From Vulcanimicrobiota bacterium (GTDB lineage: Bacteria; Vulcanimicrobiota; Vulcanimicrobiia; Vulcanimicrobiales; Vulcanimicrobiaceae): a DNA stretch of 64,000 bases. Positions within the stretch are counted from its first letter, which is position 1, and every line of letters starts with the position of its first letter. Under the pieces are notes generated by a model. That model ran no database searches and was not told the DNA's origin. It worked only from the letters and a program-made list of their open reading frames with translations. Location: NCBI GenBank assembly GCA_963786105.1, contig CAWAXX010000017.1:64001-128000 (forward strand). Reading direction: 5' to 3'. Of the stretch, positions 1-9,664 are shown one piece after another. The translations under genes and the position numbers were made by a program.

Positions 1-2
1 CC

Positions 3-1064
3 GTCGCGCCCCAATCGAATCTCACTCCGAGCGCCGCGCCGATTGGTGCGGCCTTCTCGACGACGACCTACACGTACGTCGATCTCGGCGCCGGACCAAA
101 CGGCAAAGGTGCGTACGGCTACGGTGAGAGTCCCAAGGCGCAGGGGGGTGCGTACTTCGATCACACCATCTCGTGCGGCAAAGATTGCTCGGCTAAGATC
201 TACTATCCGCTTGCGTGGTCTGGACCCGGCTCGAGCCCGGTCGTTCTTTTGCCCCAATTCTATGCCGAGGGATGGGCGTATGGCGCAGGCGGCTCGCTGA
301 TCGTCGGTACCCTCATCACGAATAATGGCGGCTTCTTCGGATTCGCCCACGCCGCGTTGTGGCAGGGTTCTTCGCATAACTTCACCGACCTCAACCCGGC
401 CGGCAGTTGCGGAAGTTGTTCGCCGGGATCGAATGCGTACGGCACCGACGGAACGTTTATCGCCGGGTCCGGCGGATCACCGGCACACGCGCTCCTATGG
501 AAGCTCGGGCAGTTGAAGACGCCCGTCGACCTGAATCCGGCCGGCTTTGCGTATTCCGAAGCCTACGTAGTGCGCGGTACCGTGCAGGCGGGCTACGCTT
601 TCTCGAGCACGACGAATACCAACCACGCCGTTCTTTGGAATGGCACCGCTGCGAGTGTGGTCGACCTCACGCCGTCTACGGTGTCGACCGCCTATGCCAC
701 GGGGTTAGGGCATCGGAGCGAGGTCGGCTGCGGCATACCCGCCGGGATGAGCGTGACCCACGCGCTTCTGTGGCACGGCACTGCCGCGAGCATGATCGAT
801 CTTCAACCAGCAGGATTCACGGATTCGTGCGCTCGTGCTGCCCATGGGAACGTGCAAGTGGGATACGGACACGTCAGCGGCTCGAATGCGCTGCATGCGT
901 TGCTCTGGAATGGTAGCGCGAAGACCGCGGTCGACCTCCAGCAGTACTTGCCGAACACGTTTACGAGTTCGCAGGCGTATGCGATCGACACGGCCGGCGC
1001 TATCCTCGGGTCCGCGTACTCGACGAGCACGGCAACGTGGCACGCGGTGGTTTGGGTCCCGTGA
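3..1064 (+). CDS. Secreted repeat protein (HAF-like/'HALLW' repeats), 5'-truncated by window edge
   Basis: Frame of ORF 249..1064 is open back to position 3; repeated HA(L/V)LWxG...xDLxP units. Confidence 0.7.
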   Translation, partial: VAPQSNLTPSAAPIGAAFSTTTYTYVDLGAGPNGKGAYGYGESPKAQGGAYFDHTISCGKDCSAKIYYPLAWSGPGSSPVVLLPQFYAEGWAYGAGGSLIVGTLITNNGGFFGFAHAALWQGSSHNFTDLNPAGSCGSCSPGSNAYGTDGTFIAGSGGSPAHALLWKLGQLKTPVDLNPAGFAYSEAYVVRGTVQAGYAFSSTTNTNHAVLWNGTAASVVDLTPSTVSTAYATGLGHRSEVGCGIPAGMSVTHALLWHGTAASMIDLQPAGFTDSCARAAHGNVQVGYGHVSGSNALHALLWNGSAKTAVDLQQYLPNTFTSSQAYAIDTAGAILGSAYSTSTATWHAVVWVP

Positions 1065-1218
1065 GCGAGACGGCGCCGCTCTCCGTTCTTCGACCGAGGT
1101 TCCCAAAACCGATCGGCGATCTCGCGGCGATGCTGCCCTCGTATTGGCGCACTAGGCGCCTGAAGGCAAATTCACCGACGGTAGCCTAAGAGGCGTTTGG
1201 CTGTATGCCGATCGGACG

Positions 1219-1761
1219 GTGCCTATGACTAAAACGCCTTGCGCGATGATGTTCTTGGTGACGCTCGCTTTAGCCGGGCGTGCCGCGCCGAGCGATGCCG
1301 CGCTTACATGTTATCCGCTGATCCCCGCGCAAATGGTCACGACCGTCGATTCCGCGCAGGGCTTCTCGGGCCAAGTCTTTCAGTTCAAGACGACCGAAAC
1401 GGTATCAAGCAACGGCCTTAGCGTCCCGGCCGGCTCGATGGGGTACGGAGTCGTACTCAACGCAATTCCCGCCAGCAATCGAGCGCGCAACGGCATCGTC
1501 GTTCTCGAACCGCGCTTCTTACTCGTCGGCGGCCAGCAGGTCCAAGTTGCAGGCGATCCGGCGGACGGTTCGATTCTGACCCACGACCCATCGGCGATCG
1601 CCTTAGGGGCGAACGTGATCCCATTTGGAGGCGGACTCGCGGCAAGCGAGGCCATCAAAGGGACCAACATCACGGTGGGGCCGGGCTACTCGTTCCACAT
1701 CGTCCCAATCGGGAATCTGCAGGAGCGAGGTCCCTGCGTGCAATCCACCGCGACCCGGTAG
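1219..1761 (+). CDS. Hypothetical secreted protein
   Basis: Signal peptide-like N-terminus, beta-rich mature part with terminal Cys pair. Confidence 0.6.
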   Translation: MPMTKTPCAMMFLVTLALAGRAAPSDAALTCYPLIPAQMVTTVDSAQGFSGQVFQFKTTETVSSNGLSVPAGSMGYGVVLNAIPASNRARNGIVVLEPRFLLVGGQQVQVAGDPADGSILTHDPSAIALGANVIPFGGGLAASEAIKGTNITVGPGYSFHIVPIGNLQERGPCVQSTATR

Positions 1762-1816
1762 ATCGCTCCGCTGGGCAAGGAAGGTGGCGCTCACGAACGC
1801 AGAACGAGTAGCCGCT

Positions 1817-2443
1817 ATGAGAATACTCGCACGGGCGTGCACCTTGCTGGCGTTGACGCTGGTAGGGGCGGGGAGCGCGCAGACGGCCTCGATGGATCTC
1901 CTCAGCCGAGCCGCCAATCCAAATCCTACGCTAAAATCGTATACCGCTGCGGTTGTGCTCTCGGCAACGCTGCATGCAGTCATCCCGGTGCACCAGACCC
2001 TTAACGGTACGGTCTATTACCTCAAGCCCAAGCGAAAGATCGCGTTTCAGAACGTTCCTGGGCCGCTTAGCCGGTTTAAGGACCTCGCTGCTTCTACCCC
2101 GACCTACGACGAGGCCGTCGCTCGGTACACCATCACTCCGCTTACGGACGACGGCACGACGTCGACCTATTCGCTCGTTCCAAAGGACACCGGCAGCCGC
2201 GTCAAGAGCGTTACGCTCAACGTCGACGACCACGCCGCGCTCATCAATCGAGCGCAATGGGCCTACACCAACGGCGGCAGTTTGATTTTTAATCCGTCAT
2301 ACACGCACGTGGGCAGCTTCAATCTTCCTTCCAAGACCGTGATCGCGGCCCGGTTCCCCGGATACAGCGTCGACGGCACGCTGATGTTTTCAAACTATCA
2401 ACCGAACGCCACCGTATCGCCGTCGGTCTTTGCGTCCCCTTAG
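1817..2443 (+). CDS. Hypothetical secreted protein (LolA/outer-membrane sorting-like fold possible)
   Basis: ATG 1817 followed by signal peptide MRILARACTLLALTLVGAGSAQTA; the upstream part of the track ORF overlaps the previous gene. Confidence 0.6.
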   Translation: MRILARACTLLALTLVGAGSAQTASMDLLSRAANPNPTLKSYTAAVVLSATLHAVIPVHQTLNGTVYYLKPKRKIAFQNVPGPLSRFKDLAASTPTYDEAVARYTITPLTDDGTTSTYSLVPKDTGSRVKSVTLNVDDHAALINRAQWAYTNGGSLIFNPSYTHVGSFNLPSKTVIAARFPGYSVDGTLMFSNYQPNATVSPSVFASP

Positions 2444-2471
2444 TTGCTGTTGTTCAAAGGAGACGACTGAG

Positions 2472-2990
2472 ATGAGTTTGTCGCGCAAGCAGCTGCTCGA
2501 AACGGCAGCGTCGCTGGGGCTTCTCGCGGCCGTTCGCTCACCGGTGTCCGCAGCGGTGACCGCGCCGGCCGCGAACGCCGCCGCAGTTGTAGGAGCGTGG
2601 AAGCTGGAGAGCTTCGTCGTCGACGCATCGTCGGAGTCGGAGAAGCCGCGCTTCGGAATCAATCCGATCGGATACCTCATCTACACGGCCAGCGGTCGGA
2701 TGTCGGCGACCTTGATGGCGGCGCATCGCGCAAAACTCGACTCGCCGAAAGGCGCGACCTCGACGCTAGACGAGCTGACGCAATCGCTCGCCAACTTCCT
2801 ATCGTATGCGGGGACGTACGAAATCCGCGGCAATCGCGTTTTCCACCGCGTCGAAGTGAGCGTTTTTACCAACCTCGTCGGTACGACCCTCGAGCGTGAG
2901 TTCAGTCTTTCCGGCGATACGCTGACCATTCGAACGCTGCCGCCCGAAATTTGGGGAACCTCAAACCGCCTCGTGTGGAAGCGCGCCTAA
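2472..2990 (+). CDS. Lipocalin-like domain protein with Tat-like signal
   Basis: VVGAWKLES...FGxNPxGYLIYTxSGRMS, YAGTYE motifs; AAGGAG RBS. Confidence 0.8.
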   Translation: MSLSRKQLLETAASLGLLAAVRSPVSAAVTAPAANAAAVVGAWKLESFVVDASSESEKPRFGINPIGYLIYTASGRMSATLMAAHRAKLDSPKGATSTLDELTQSLANFLSYAGTYEIRGNRVFHRVEVSVFTNLVGTTLEREFSLSGDTLTIRTLPPEIWGTSNRLVWKRA

Positions 2991-3262
2991 GTACTACGTT
3001 TGCCCCCCAGATCGTGCCACGATGCCTCGGTCAGCTCGACGTCGTAGTGCTTCGCGGCTTTCTTGATGTTCGCAAACGCCTGGGCGCGGTCGGCCTCCGA
3101 AGCGTCGGTCACTTGATCGAAACGTGCCAGCGCGTTGCGCACGTGGCGTGCGTCGGTAAGGGGTTCCTTTCGCTGCTTCGGAAACGCGTATACGCTCGAC
3201 GGGAGATCGCTGCGCTTGGTCAGGCGGCCGTGCTTTTCATGAGGTTTCCACGTTGCTCGCAT
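2987..3262 (-). CDS. DUF6582-like small conserved protein
   Basis: LPSSVYAFPKQRKEPLTDARHVRNALARFDQV signature. Confidence 0.75.
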   Translation of the reverse strand: MRATWKPHEKHGRLTKRSDLPSSVYAFPKQRKEPLTDARHVRNALARFDQVTDASEADRAQAFANIKKAAKHYDVELTEASWHDLGGKRST

Positions 3263-3299
3263 GAACGGGTTATACCCGGACGGCGCCGTGCTTAACGCG

Positions 3300-3488
3300 T
3301 CACCAAAGCGCGCCCTCAGCCACCAGGATATAGAGGATTGGACCCAGGCCCCAGATGATGCTGACGATGAACCAGACGATCTTGGTGAACGTGGAAAGGT
3401 CGCCGCGGGCGATCAGATTGATCCACATCAGGATCATGGCAATCGGATGCAAGATGACCGACAGAAGGATCTCGAGCAACAGCTTCAT
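3300..3488 (-). CDS. Small membrane protein (PLDc N-terminal-like)
   Basis: Two TM helices with RGDLS..KIVW...GPILY pattern. Confidence 0.65.
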   Translation of the reverse strand: MKLLLEILLSVILHPIAMILMWINLIARGDLSTFTKIVWFIVSIIWGLGPILYILVAEGALW

Positions 3489-3556
3489 GCCGCCCTATTC
3501 GCGGCCGCATCGCGTGGCCGCCTTTGCCGGTTTTGCGTAGCGATGGACGACACCCG

Positions 3557-4321
3557 ATGACGATGCCGGTATTGTTCCTTGGCCATGGTAGCCCGATGAA
3601 CGCCATCGAACGCAACGGCTACTCGGATGCCTGGCGCTCCGCCGGCGAGGCGCTCCCCCGGCCCAGCGCCGTCGTAGTGATTTCGGCGCACTGGTATCGC
3701 AGCGGCGCTGCCGTGACCGTCATGGAGCGTCCGCGTACTATCCACGATTTCTATGGATTTCCACCGGCGTTGTACGCCGTACGCTACCCTGCGCCGGGCT
3801 CGCCCGAGCTTGCGAAACGGGTAGCGGCGCTGGCCGCGCCCGTGGACGTCCAGCTCGACGAGGCGTGGGGGTTGGATCACGGCGCGTGGTCGGTGCTCGT
3901 GCATCTGTTGCCAGCGGCGGACGTCCCGGTTATTCAGTTGGCAATCGACGCGCGGCAGCCGGCGGCGTTTCACTGGAACCTTGGTGCCACGCTCGCGCCG
4001 CTTCGCGACGAAGGCGTGCTGATCGTGGGCAGTGGCAACGTCGTGCACAACCTGCGCCTGGCCGACTTCGGTCTGGGCGGTGGTTACGACTGGGCCGTCA
4101 CCTTTGACGACCTGATGAGAGAGGCGCTCGAGGACGGGGATCGGGAGGCGCTGGTCGACTATGGGCGTCACCCCGGCGGGAGGCTAGCCGTGCCGACCCC
4201 CGATCACTATTTGCCGCTGCTGTACGCGGCGGCCCTTAGGCGCCCCGGTGAAGGCGTCGCCACGGTCGTCGACGGTTTGGAGGCTGGCTCGCTTTCGATG
4301 CGCTCCATTCGAATCGGATAG
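3557..4321 (+). CDS. ygiD: 4,5-DOPA extradiol dioxygenase (LigB family)
   Basis: FLGHGSPMN, ISAHW, TIHDFYGFP, GLDHGAW, GSGNVVHNL, PTPDHYLPL. Confidence 0.92.
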   Translation: MTMPVLFLGHGSPMNAIERNGYSDAWRSAGEALPRPSAVVVISAHWYRSGAAVTVMERPRTIHDFYGFPPALYAVRYPAPGSPELAKRVAALAAPVDVQLDEAWGLDHGAWSVLVHLLPAADVPVIQLAIDARQPAAFHWNLGATLAPLRDEGVLIVGSGNVVHNLRLADFGLGGGYDWAVTFDDLMREALEDGDREALVDYGRHPGGRLAVPTPDHYLPLLYAAALRRPGEGVATVVDGLEAGSLSMRSIRIG

Positions 4322-4375
4322 GATCGCACGAGAGAAGTGCATCCGGGAAGCGGCCGGCGAGCGTTCTAAGCGTGT

Positions 4376-4792
4376 ATGCGTCACGACATTACGCCAGAAA
4401 TCCAGAAAACCGAAGAGCAGTGGAAGACCGAGCTCGGTCCGGAACGTTACCATATCCTGCGCGAGGCCGGGACCGAGGCGCCGTTCACCGGAAGTTTGCT
4501 CAACCTCCGCGACGACGGCACTTACGTCTGCGGAGCGTGCGGCAATCCGCTCTTTTCCTCGAACGCGAAGTTCGACTCGCACTGCGGCTGGCCGAGTTTC
4601 ACGCATCCCGATCAGCAACAGAACGTGCGCCTCCTCGACGACAACGCTTTCGGCATGCACCGAACGGAAGTACGCTGCAAACGGTGCGATTCGCATTTAG
4701 GCCATGTCTTCGACGATGGACCTGGGCCGGCCGGCACGCGCTTCTGCATTAACTCGCGCTCGCTCGATTTTAAGCAATCGCAAGAGTCGTAA
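4376..4792 (+). CDS. msrB: Peptide-methionine (R)-S-oxide reductase
   Basis: GTEAPF, two CxxC Zn motifs, GWPSF, HLGHVFDDGP, RFCINS. Confidence 0.97.
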   Translation: MRHDITPEIQKTEEQWKTELGPERYHILREAGTEAPFTGSLLNLRDDGTYVCGACGNPLFSSNAKFDSHCGWPSFTHPDQQQNVRLLDDNAFGMHRTEVRCKRCDSHLGHVFDDGPGPAGTRFCINSRSLDFKQSQES

Positions 4793-4804
4793 GCGATGGC
4801 GCGG

Positions 4805-5299
4805 CTACGGTCGCGTCGTGTGGGTGATGAGAATACTGGTGACGTTCGGTTTGTCGGATGAGATTTGCACCGCGACCGCGTCCGGCGCGGTTTGATTTCC
4901 GACCTGAAATGATGCGACCGAACCGTTCCCGCTGGTAACGTTCATGCGCTCTGCACCGGCCGGCAGCTGCTGCTTGTAGTACGCGTAGACCTTATCGAAA
5001 GCGTCGGCGGTCGTAAAGCTGGCGATGACGGTGGATCCGCCGGCGGTTGCCGTCGTAATGCTCGCGGGTTCACCCGCCTGGGCGCCGGGATAGACGGGCA
5101 CGCCGAGCTGGGCGGGATTCACGCCTTGACCGACGGCTATTGTTCCGTCGTTCGTCTTTACGGTGACGTTCTTGTCATCGTTGCTGGTGGTCACGGTCGC
5201 CGTTCCGTTTCGCGTCTGGATCGTCGTTTTGTGCGACGCGCAGGCGACCGGCGCCACGGTCAGTAACATCGCGAAAAGCGGGATCGTGGCATGCCTCAT
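4805..5299 (-). CDS. Hypothetical lipoprotein
   Basis: Lipobox-like VAC; PVYPGA motif and DKVYAYYK helix. Confidence 0.65.
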   Translation of the reverse strand: MRHATIPLFAMLLTVAPVACASHKTTIQTRNGTATVTTSNDDKNVTVKTNDGTIAVGQGVNPAQLGVPVYPGAQAGEPASITTATAGGSTVIASFTTADAFDKVYAYYKQQLPAGAERMNVTSGNGSVASFQVGNQTAPDAVAVQISSDKPNVTSILITHTTRP

Positions 5300-5352
5300 G
5301 CGATCCCGTCTTCTTCGGGAAACGCCGGCTCTCATTTGGGGTTACGAAAGGC

Positions 5353-6282
5353 ATGACGGTTAAAGCGCAGTTTCCGGACGAGCAGTCCACCGCCGGCGAG
5401 TTCGTTCGTCAGGACGACGTCTTTCGCAACTGGGTGCGCGCCGACGGCAGTTCGGACTATCCGGCGGCGGCGGCACGCTACCACCTCTACGTCTCGTTGG
5501 CGTGCCCCTGGGCCCATCGTACGATCGTCGTCCGCAAGCTCAAGCGCCTCGAGCGCGTCATCGGGATGACGGTCGTCGATCCGATTCGTGACGAACGGGG
5601 GTGGCAGTTCCCGCAGCCCGATCCGATCAACGGATGGGCGTTTCTGAGCGAAGCGTATTGGGCAACCGATCCGGCATACCGCGGACGCGTCACCGTTCCG
5701 GTGCTGTGGGATACGCGTCGGAGGCGCATCGTGAGCAATTCCGACGACGACATCATGCGCATGTTCGAACTCGAGTTCGAGGCCTTCGGCGACGCCGGCA
5801 TCGCGCTTTACCCGCGCGAGCGGCGCGCCGAGATCGACGCGCTCAACGAAGTGCTCTACGAGACCGTCAACAACGGCGTCTATCGGGCTGGATTTGCCAC
5901 CAGCCAAGCTTCCTACGAAAAAGCCGTCTACCAGATTTTCGAAACGCTCGACGCGATGGAGGAACGGCTTGAAACGCGGCGCTACCTCTTTGGACCCCAA
6001 CCACTGGAGAGCGACTGGCGTTTCTTCGTAACGCTCGTGCGTTTCGATGCGGTGTATTATGGCCACTTCAAGTGCAATCTTCGCCGCATAGCGGAATACC
6101 GAAACCTGTTCGGCTACTTGCGCGATCTCTATCAAATCGACGGCGTCGCCGAGACGGTGAACTTCGATCACATCAAGCGGCACTACTATTACACCCACGA
6201 CGACATCAATCCGACACGAATCGTGCCGGTCGGGCCCCTTGTGGACCTGAACGCCCCGCACGGCCGGGAACGGCTAGGGTAA
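5353..6282 (+). CDS. Glutathionyl-hydroquinone reductase (omega-like GST, YqjG family)
   Basis: RYHLYVSLACPWAHR, TVPVLWD, NNGVY, TLVRFDAVY, HIKRHYY. Confidence 0.93.
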   Translation: MTVKAQFPDEQSTAGEFVRQDDVFRNWVRADGSSDYPAAAARYHLYVSLACPWAHRTIVVRKLKRLERVIGMTVVDPIRDERGWQFPQPDPINGWAFLSEAYWATDPAYRGRVTVPVLWDTRRRRIVSNSDDDIMRMFELEFEAFGDAGIALYPRERRAEIDALNEVLYETVNNGVYRAGFATSQASYEKAVYQIFETLDAMEERLETRRYLFGPQPLESDWRFFVTLVRFDAVYYGHFKCNLRRIAEYRNLFGYLRDLYQIDGVAETVNFDHIKRHYYYTHDDINPTRIVPVGPLVDLNAPHGRERLG

Positions 6283-6354
6283 GTATCAACGAATGCGGTC
6301 GAGCGAGCGTTTCTCAGCCTAATTTAGGCATCCCGGGTGTATGATCTCCACACT

Positions 6355-6978
6355 ATGAAGAAACTCTGGATAGCGCTGGCTTTAGCGCTCGTCGCCATGC
6401 CGATAGCAGCGTGGGCCGACGGCAACGATTCCGCCGCGGCTGCGCCGCCGTCGATGACTCCCGCTCAGCGGCAGGCCGTCATGAAAACGATGCAGACCTT
6501 TCGCGACAAAGAAAGGACGATGCACCAACAGATGCGCTCGCAGATTTTGGCCGCCCTCTCGCCCGACCATCGCACCGCCGTAGCCGGCGTCATCGGTGAA
6601 ATGGTGATCTCTGAGAACCCCGACCCGGTCGCCGCCGCGAAGCAGATCGACGGCATCCTTTCACCGGGCGAACAGCGGGCGATTCTGGCCGCGCACACGT
6701 CCTTCGTCACGCAAAGCCAGCAGCTCATGCAGCAAATGCACGCCCAACTCCAAAGCGAGATGCCGGCTGGGGCTCAAGGTCACCGCAACTGGGCGACTTC
6801 GATGCGTCCTCCGAGCAACTTGACCAACGACGCCGGTGGCGTCTTGATGATGGTATTGGCGCATCGAGCGCCGATGGGAATGGAAATGAGCGACCATCAT
6901 CCCGGAGATATGGACGACCATCATTCCGGAATGCCCGCCGGACCGCCGCCACCGGGTGGGCCGCCTCCGCCGCCGTAA
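6355..6978 (+). CDS. Secreted helical protein (Spy/CpxP-like) with Met/His/Pro-rich tail
   Basis: Signal peptide; repeated LSP/MTPxQR helical motifs; C-terminal DHHPGDMDDHH and poly-Pro. Confidence 0.6.
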   Translation: MKKLWIALALALVAMPIAAWADGNDSAAAAPPSMTPAQRQAVMKTMQTFRDKERTMHQQMRSQILAALSPDHRTAVAGVIGEMVISENPDPVAAAKQIDGILSPGEQRAILAAHTSFVTQSQQLMQQMHAQLQSEMPAGAQGHRNWATSMRPPSNLTNDAGGVLMMVLAHRAPMGMEMSDHHPGDMDDHHSGMPAGPPPPGGPPPPP

Positions 6979-6986
6979 CGACGGCG

Positions 6987-8123
6987 TTAAGTAGGCGCTC
7001 GGTAGAGCGTCTCGTGTTCGGCGAGGATGCGGCTTTGGGTAGCAAGGTCGGCCTCGAGCGACGAGTTGCCGAATTGGAACGTCCCGCCGATCACGACGCC
7101 GTCATCGCGTGGGAACATGTACAAGCCCTCGGCCACGTAGGCGTAATCGACCTCGGGCTGCGGCTCGAGAATCGAGAGTTGCCCGCGAACCGGTTCCAAT
7201 TCCGCGTCGCCGAATAGCGCGCGAGAACCCAGGCCGGTGCAGTTGAAGACGACCGCCTCGTCGAGCGATGCGATGCCTGCGGCATCGGCGAACGTGCGAA
7301 TGACGATTCGACCTTCCCGCAAGAAGAAGTCCCGTTCGACGGCCGGGAGAAACGTATTGGGCGCGATCTGCATGGTCGCAAACCGGCGAACGATCGGTGT
7401 TGCAAAAGGCGTCGAGGACGGCACGATGTTTTCGACGTCGGCATACAGATCTTCGATGCCGACCGATTGCGCGTAGTCGAGTTCGTCCCGGTCGCTGGCG
7501 ACGTGCTTCAGCGCGTAGGTGTCGATCCAGCGAACGCCATACGTCGGGCCGGCCATCAGCTGAAACGCGCGATTTGCGGTTTTCGAGACGCGGCGGAAGG
7601 TTTCGAGAAAATCCGGAGAGACCGCGTCGCGCACGAAAACCGTCGATGGCGTCCATTGGGCTCCGGCAACGTTCGACGTCGTATCCGGCGGCGTACTCGA
7701 CGCGTAGATGGTCACCGTCCACCCGCGGTCTTGCAGGGTGCGCGCGGTCGTGAGTCCGATCACGCCGCATCCGATAACCGCCGCACGTTGTGGCGAGCGG
7801 CCGGAGACGAGATCGGCCGCCATCTCCGCGCACCCCCACGATAGGCTGAAACCTCCGCCGCCGTGGCCGTAATTATGGACCAGCAGTTTGTCGCCCGAGC
7901 GCTCGGCGCGTAGCACGAACCCCGTTCGCCGGTATGGCCGCAAGCCGACCACGATGCGTATCACGCGATCGGCATCTAACTTGACCGGAACGAGCGGTTT
8001 AGTCGGGCGGCGCAGCGACGGCGATTGCTGGGCACGCGTTCGTGCCGGCAAGGCCGCGGCGGCACTCAATCCGGCGGCAATGAAGCTCTTTCGGGTGATG
8101 CCGGCCGTGGCGTACCGTCGCAC
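6987..8123 (-). CDS. FAD-dependent D-amino-acid oxidase family protein, Tat-like signal
   Basis: GLRPYR, HNYGHGGGGFSLSWG, VIGCGVIG, NCTGLG, RGQL; GTG start 2 nt after the GAF stop. Confidence 0.85.
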   Translation of the reverse strand: MRRYATAGITRKSFIAAGLSAAAALPARTRAQQSPSLRRPTKPLVPVKLDADRVIRIVVGLRPYRRTGFVLRAERSGDKLLVHNYGHGGGGFSLSWGCAEMAADLVSGRSPQRAAVIGCGVIGLTTARTLQDRGWTVTIYASSTPPDTTSNVAGAQWTPSTVFVRDAVSPDFLETFRRVSKTANRAFQLMAGPTYGVRWIDTYALKHVASDRDELDYAQSVGIEDLYADVENIVPSSTPFATPIVRRFATMQIAPNTFLPAVERDFFLREGRIVIRTFADAAGIASLDEAVVFNCTGLGSRALFGDAELEPVRGQLSILEPQPEVDYAYVAEGLYMFPRDDGVVIGGTFQFGNSSLEADLATQSRILAEHETLYRAPT

Positions 8124-8124
8124 G

Positions 8125-8580
8125 TTAGAAGGTCGACTCCGCGAACGCGCGCACGAGCGTTTCGATCCCGAACCGGTCGTCTTCGGTGAAGCGCCCGACG
8201 CGCGGGCTATCGACGTCGAACACACCGATGACGTTGCCGCCGGCGGACAGCGGCACGACGATCTCCGAGCGCGAGGCCGAATCGCAGACGATGTGATCGG
8301 CAAACGCGCTCACGTCGTCGACGACGATGGTCTGGCCGCGCGTAATCGCGGCCCCGCAAACGCCACGGCCCGGCGGCAGGCGCGTGCAAGCCGGCCGGCC
8401 GCCGAACGGTCCGAGCACCAGCTCGCCCGTCTCCTCCAAGTAATAGAGGCCGGCCCAGGTCACGTCGGGGAGTTCGTGATACACGAACGCGGCGAAGTTG
8501 GCGGCGTTGGCAACGGCGTTGCTTTCACCAGCGAGCAGTGCGCGAACTTGCCGCTCCAGCAGGTCGTACGAAACGGACAC
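8125..8580 (-). CDS. msrC: GAF-domain free methionine-(R)-sulfoxide reductase (MsrC/YebR family)
   Basis: LVLGPFGGRPAC, GRGVCG, HIVCDSASRSEIVVP, DVDSP. Confidence 0.85.
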   Translation of the reverse strand: MSVSYDLLERQVRALLAGESNAVANAANFAAFVYHELPDVTWAGLYYLEETGELVLGPFGGRPACTRLPPGRGVCGAAITRGQTIVVDDVSAFADHIVCDSASRSEIVVPLSAGGNVIGVFDVDSPRVGRFTEDDRFGIETLVRAFAESTF

Positions 8581-8585
8581 GGGCC

Positions 8586-8633
8586 GTCCTTTCGACGTCG
8601 GCGCTAGGCGCCTCCGCTCCGCTCAGGATGACA
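8586..8633 (-). repeat. REP-like palindromic repeat (TGTCATCCTGAGCG...TCGAAAGGAC)
   Basis: Minus strand TGTCATCCTGAGCGGAGCGGAGGCGCCTAGCGCCGACGTCGAAAGGAC; same head, tail and central hairpin as 27715..27756. Confidence 0.8.
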
Positions 8634-9649
8634 GGGGTATGGAGTGGATCGAGCCGACCCGGCGTCCCGCGCGATTGCGAACCGGCGCTCGCGCGAACGG
8701 CTCCAGGCTTGCCAACGCGGCGGCGTCGAGCAGGCTCAGGTGCCGCGCTACCGCCAGAGCCGCCGGCGCGCATGCTCGCGCCGCTCCGTCGACGACTTTG
8801 AGTGCCAGACCGGTTCCGGAGGCGATGTCGGCGAGGCCGTGCACGCCCTCGGCACCAGATTTCGCGGCGATGTCGCCGGCGCCCGCGCGCATCAGCGCCG
8901 TATCGAATTCGCCCGTTCCGGCGACGTACTGGGGATAAGCGATCATCGCATCGCGGACGGTCCGCAGCGCGGCGGCGTCCCGCTCGTCGAAGCCGTCGAG
9001 GGTCGCGAAACGGGCGAACGCGTGTGCCGCGTTGCGCAGGGGGATCGCGAAGACGGGAATTCCGCACCCGTCAACCCCAAGCGGAAGCTCCTCGACTGAT
9101 TGCCCGCACGCGCGCGCACACAACTCGAGAATGCGCTGTTGTGCCGGGTTGTCCGGTTCGCGGTAGGTGGCGACGTCGGCGCCGGCGAGCATGCACAGCG
9201 CGAGAATACCGGCGTGCTTCCCCGAGCAGTTGTTATGAATGGGCGAGAAATCGACGCCCTCGCGTATAAGGGCGTCGGCCGATGCCGGATCGTAGGGTGC
9301 GTGGGCGCCGCAAGCCAATGCCGTTTCCGGCAGCCCGATCTTGCGCAGCATCGAACGAACCGCCGCGATATGAAAGGGTTCCCCGTTGTGCGACGCCGCC
9401 ATGAGCGCGATTTCATGCTGTTCGAAACCGAAGCGCTCGACGACGCCTTCGCGCACCGACGCCGCAGCGATGAATGGTTTGGCGGTCGAACGCAAGTAAA
9501 TCGGGCACGTCGATCGCGCCCATTGCAAAAGCGACGCGGCCACGACCATCGACGGCGCACGCGGAAACCCGGTGCACGGACTCGGTGATCTCACCGCGGG
9601 TTACTTCCACCAGCGGCTCGCCGTCTAGCGCCGGCAACGGTTGCGACAC
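8623..9649 (-). CDS. L-asparaginase II family protein, one frameshift near 9500
   Basis: N-terminus VEVTRGEITESVH in one frame; RSTAKPF, SHNGE, HNNCSGKHAG, DGCG, KSGAEG in another. Confidence 0.8.
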
Positions 9650-9664
9650 CCGACGATGCTCGTT

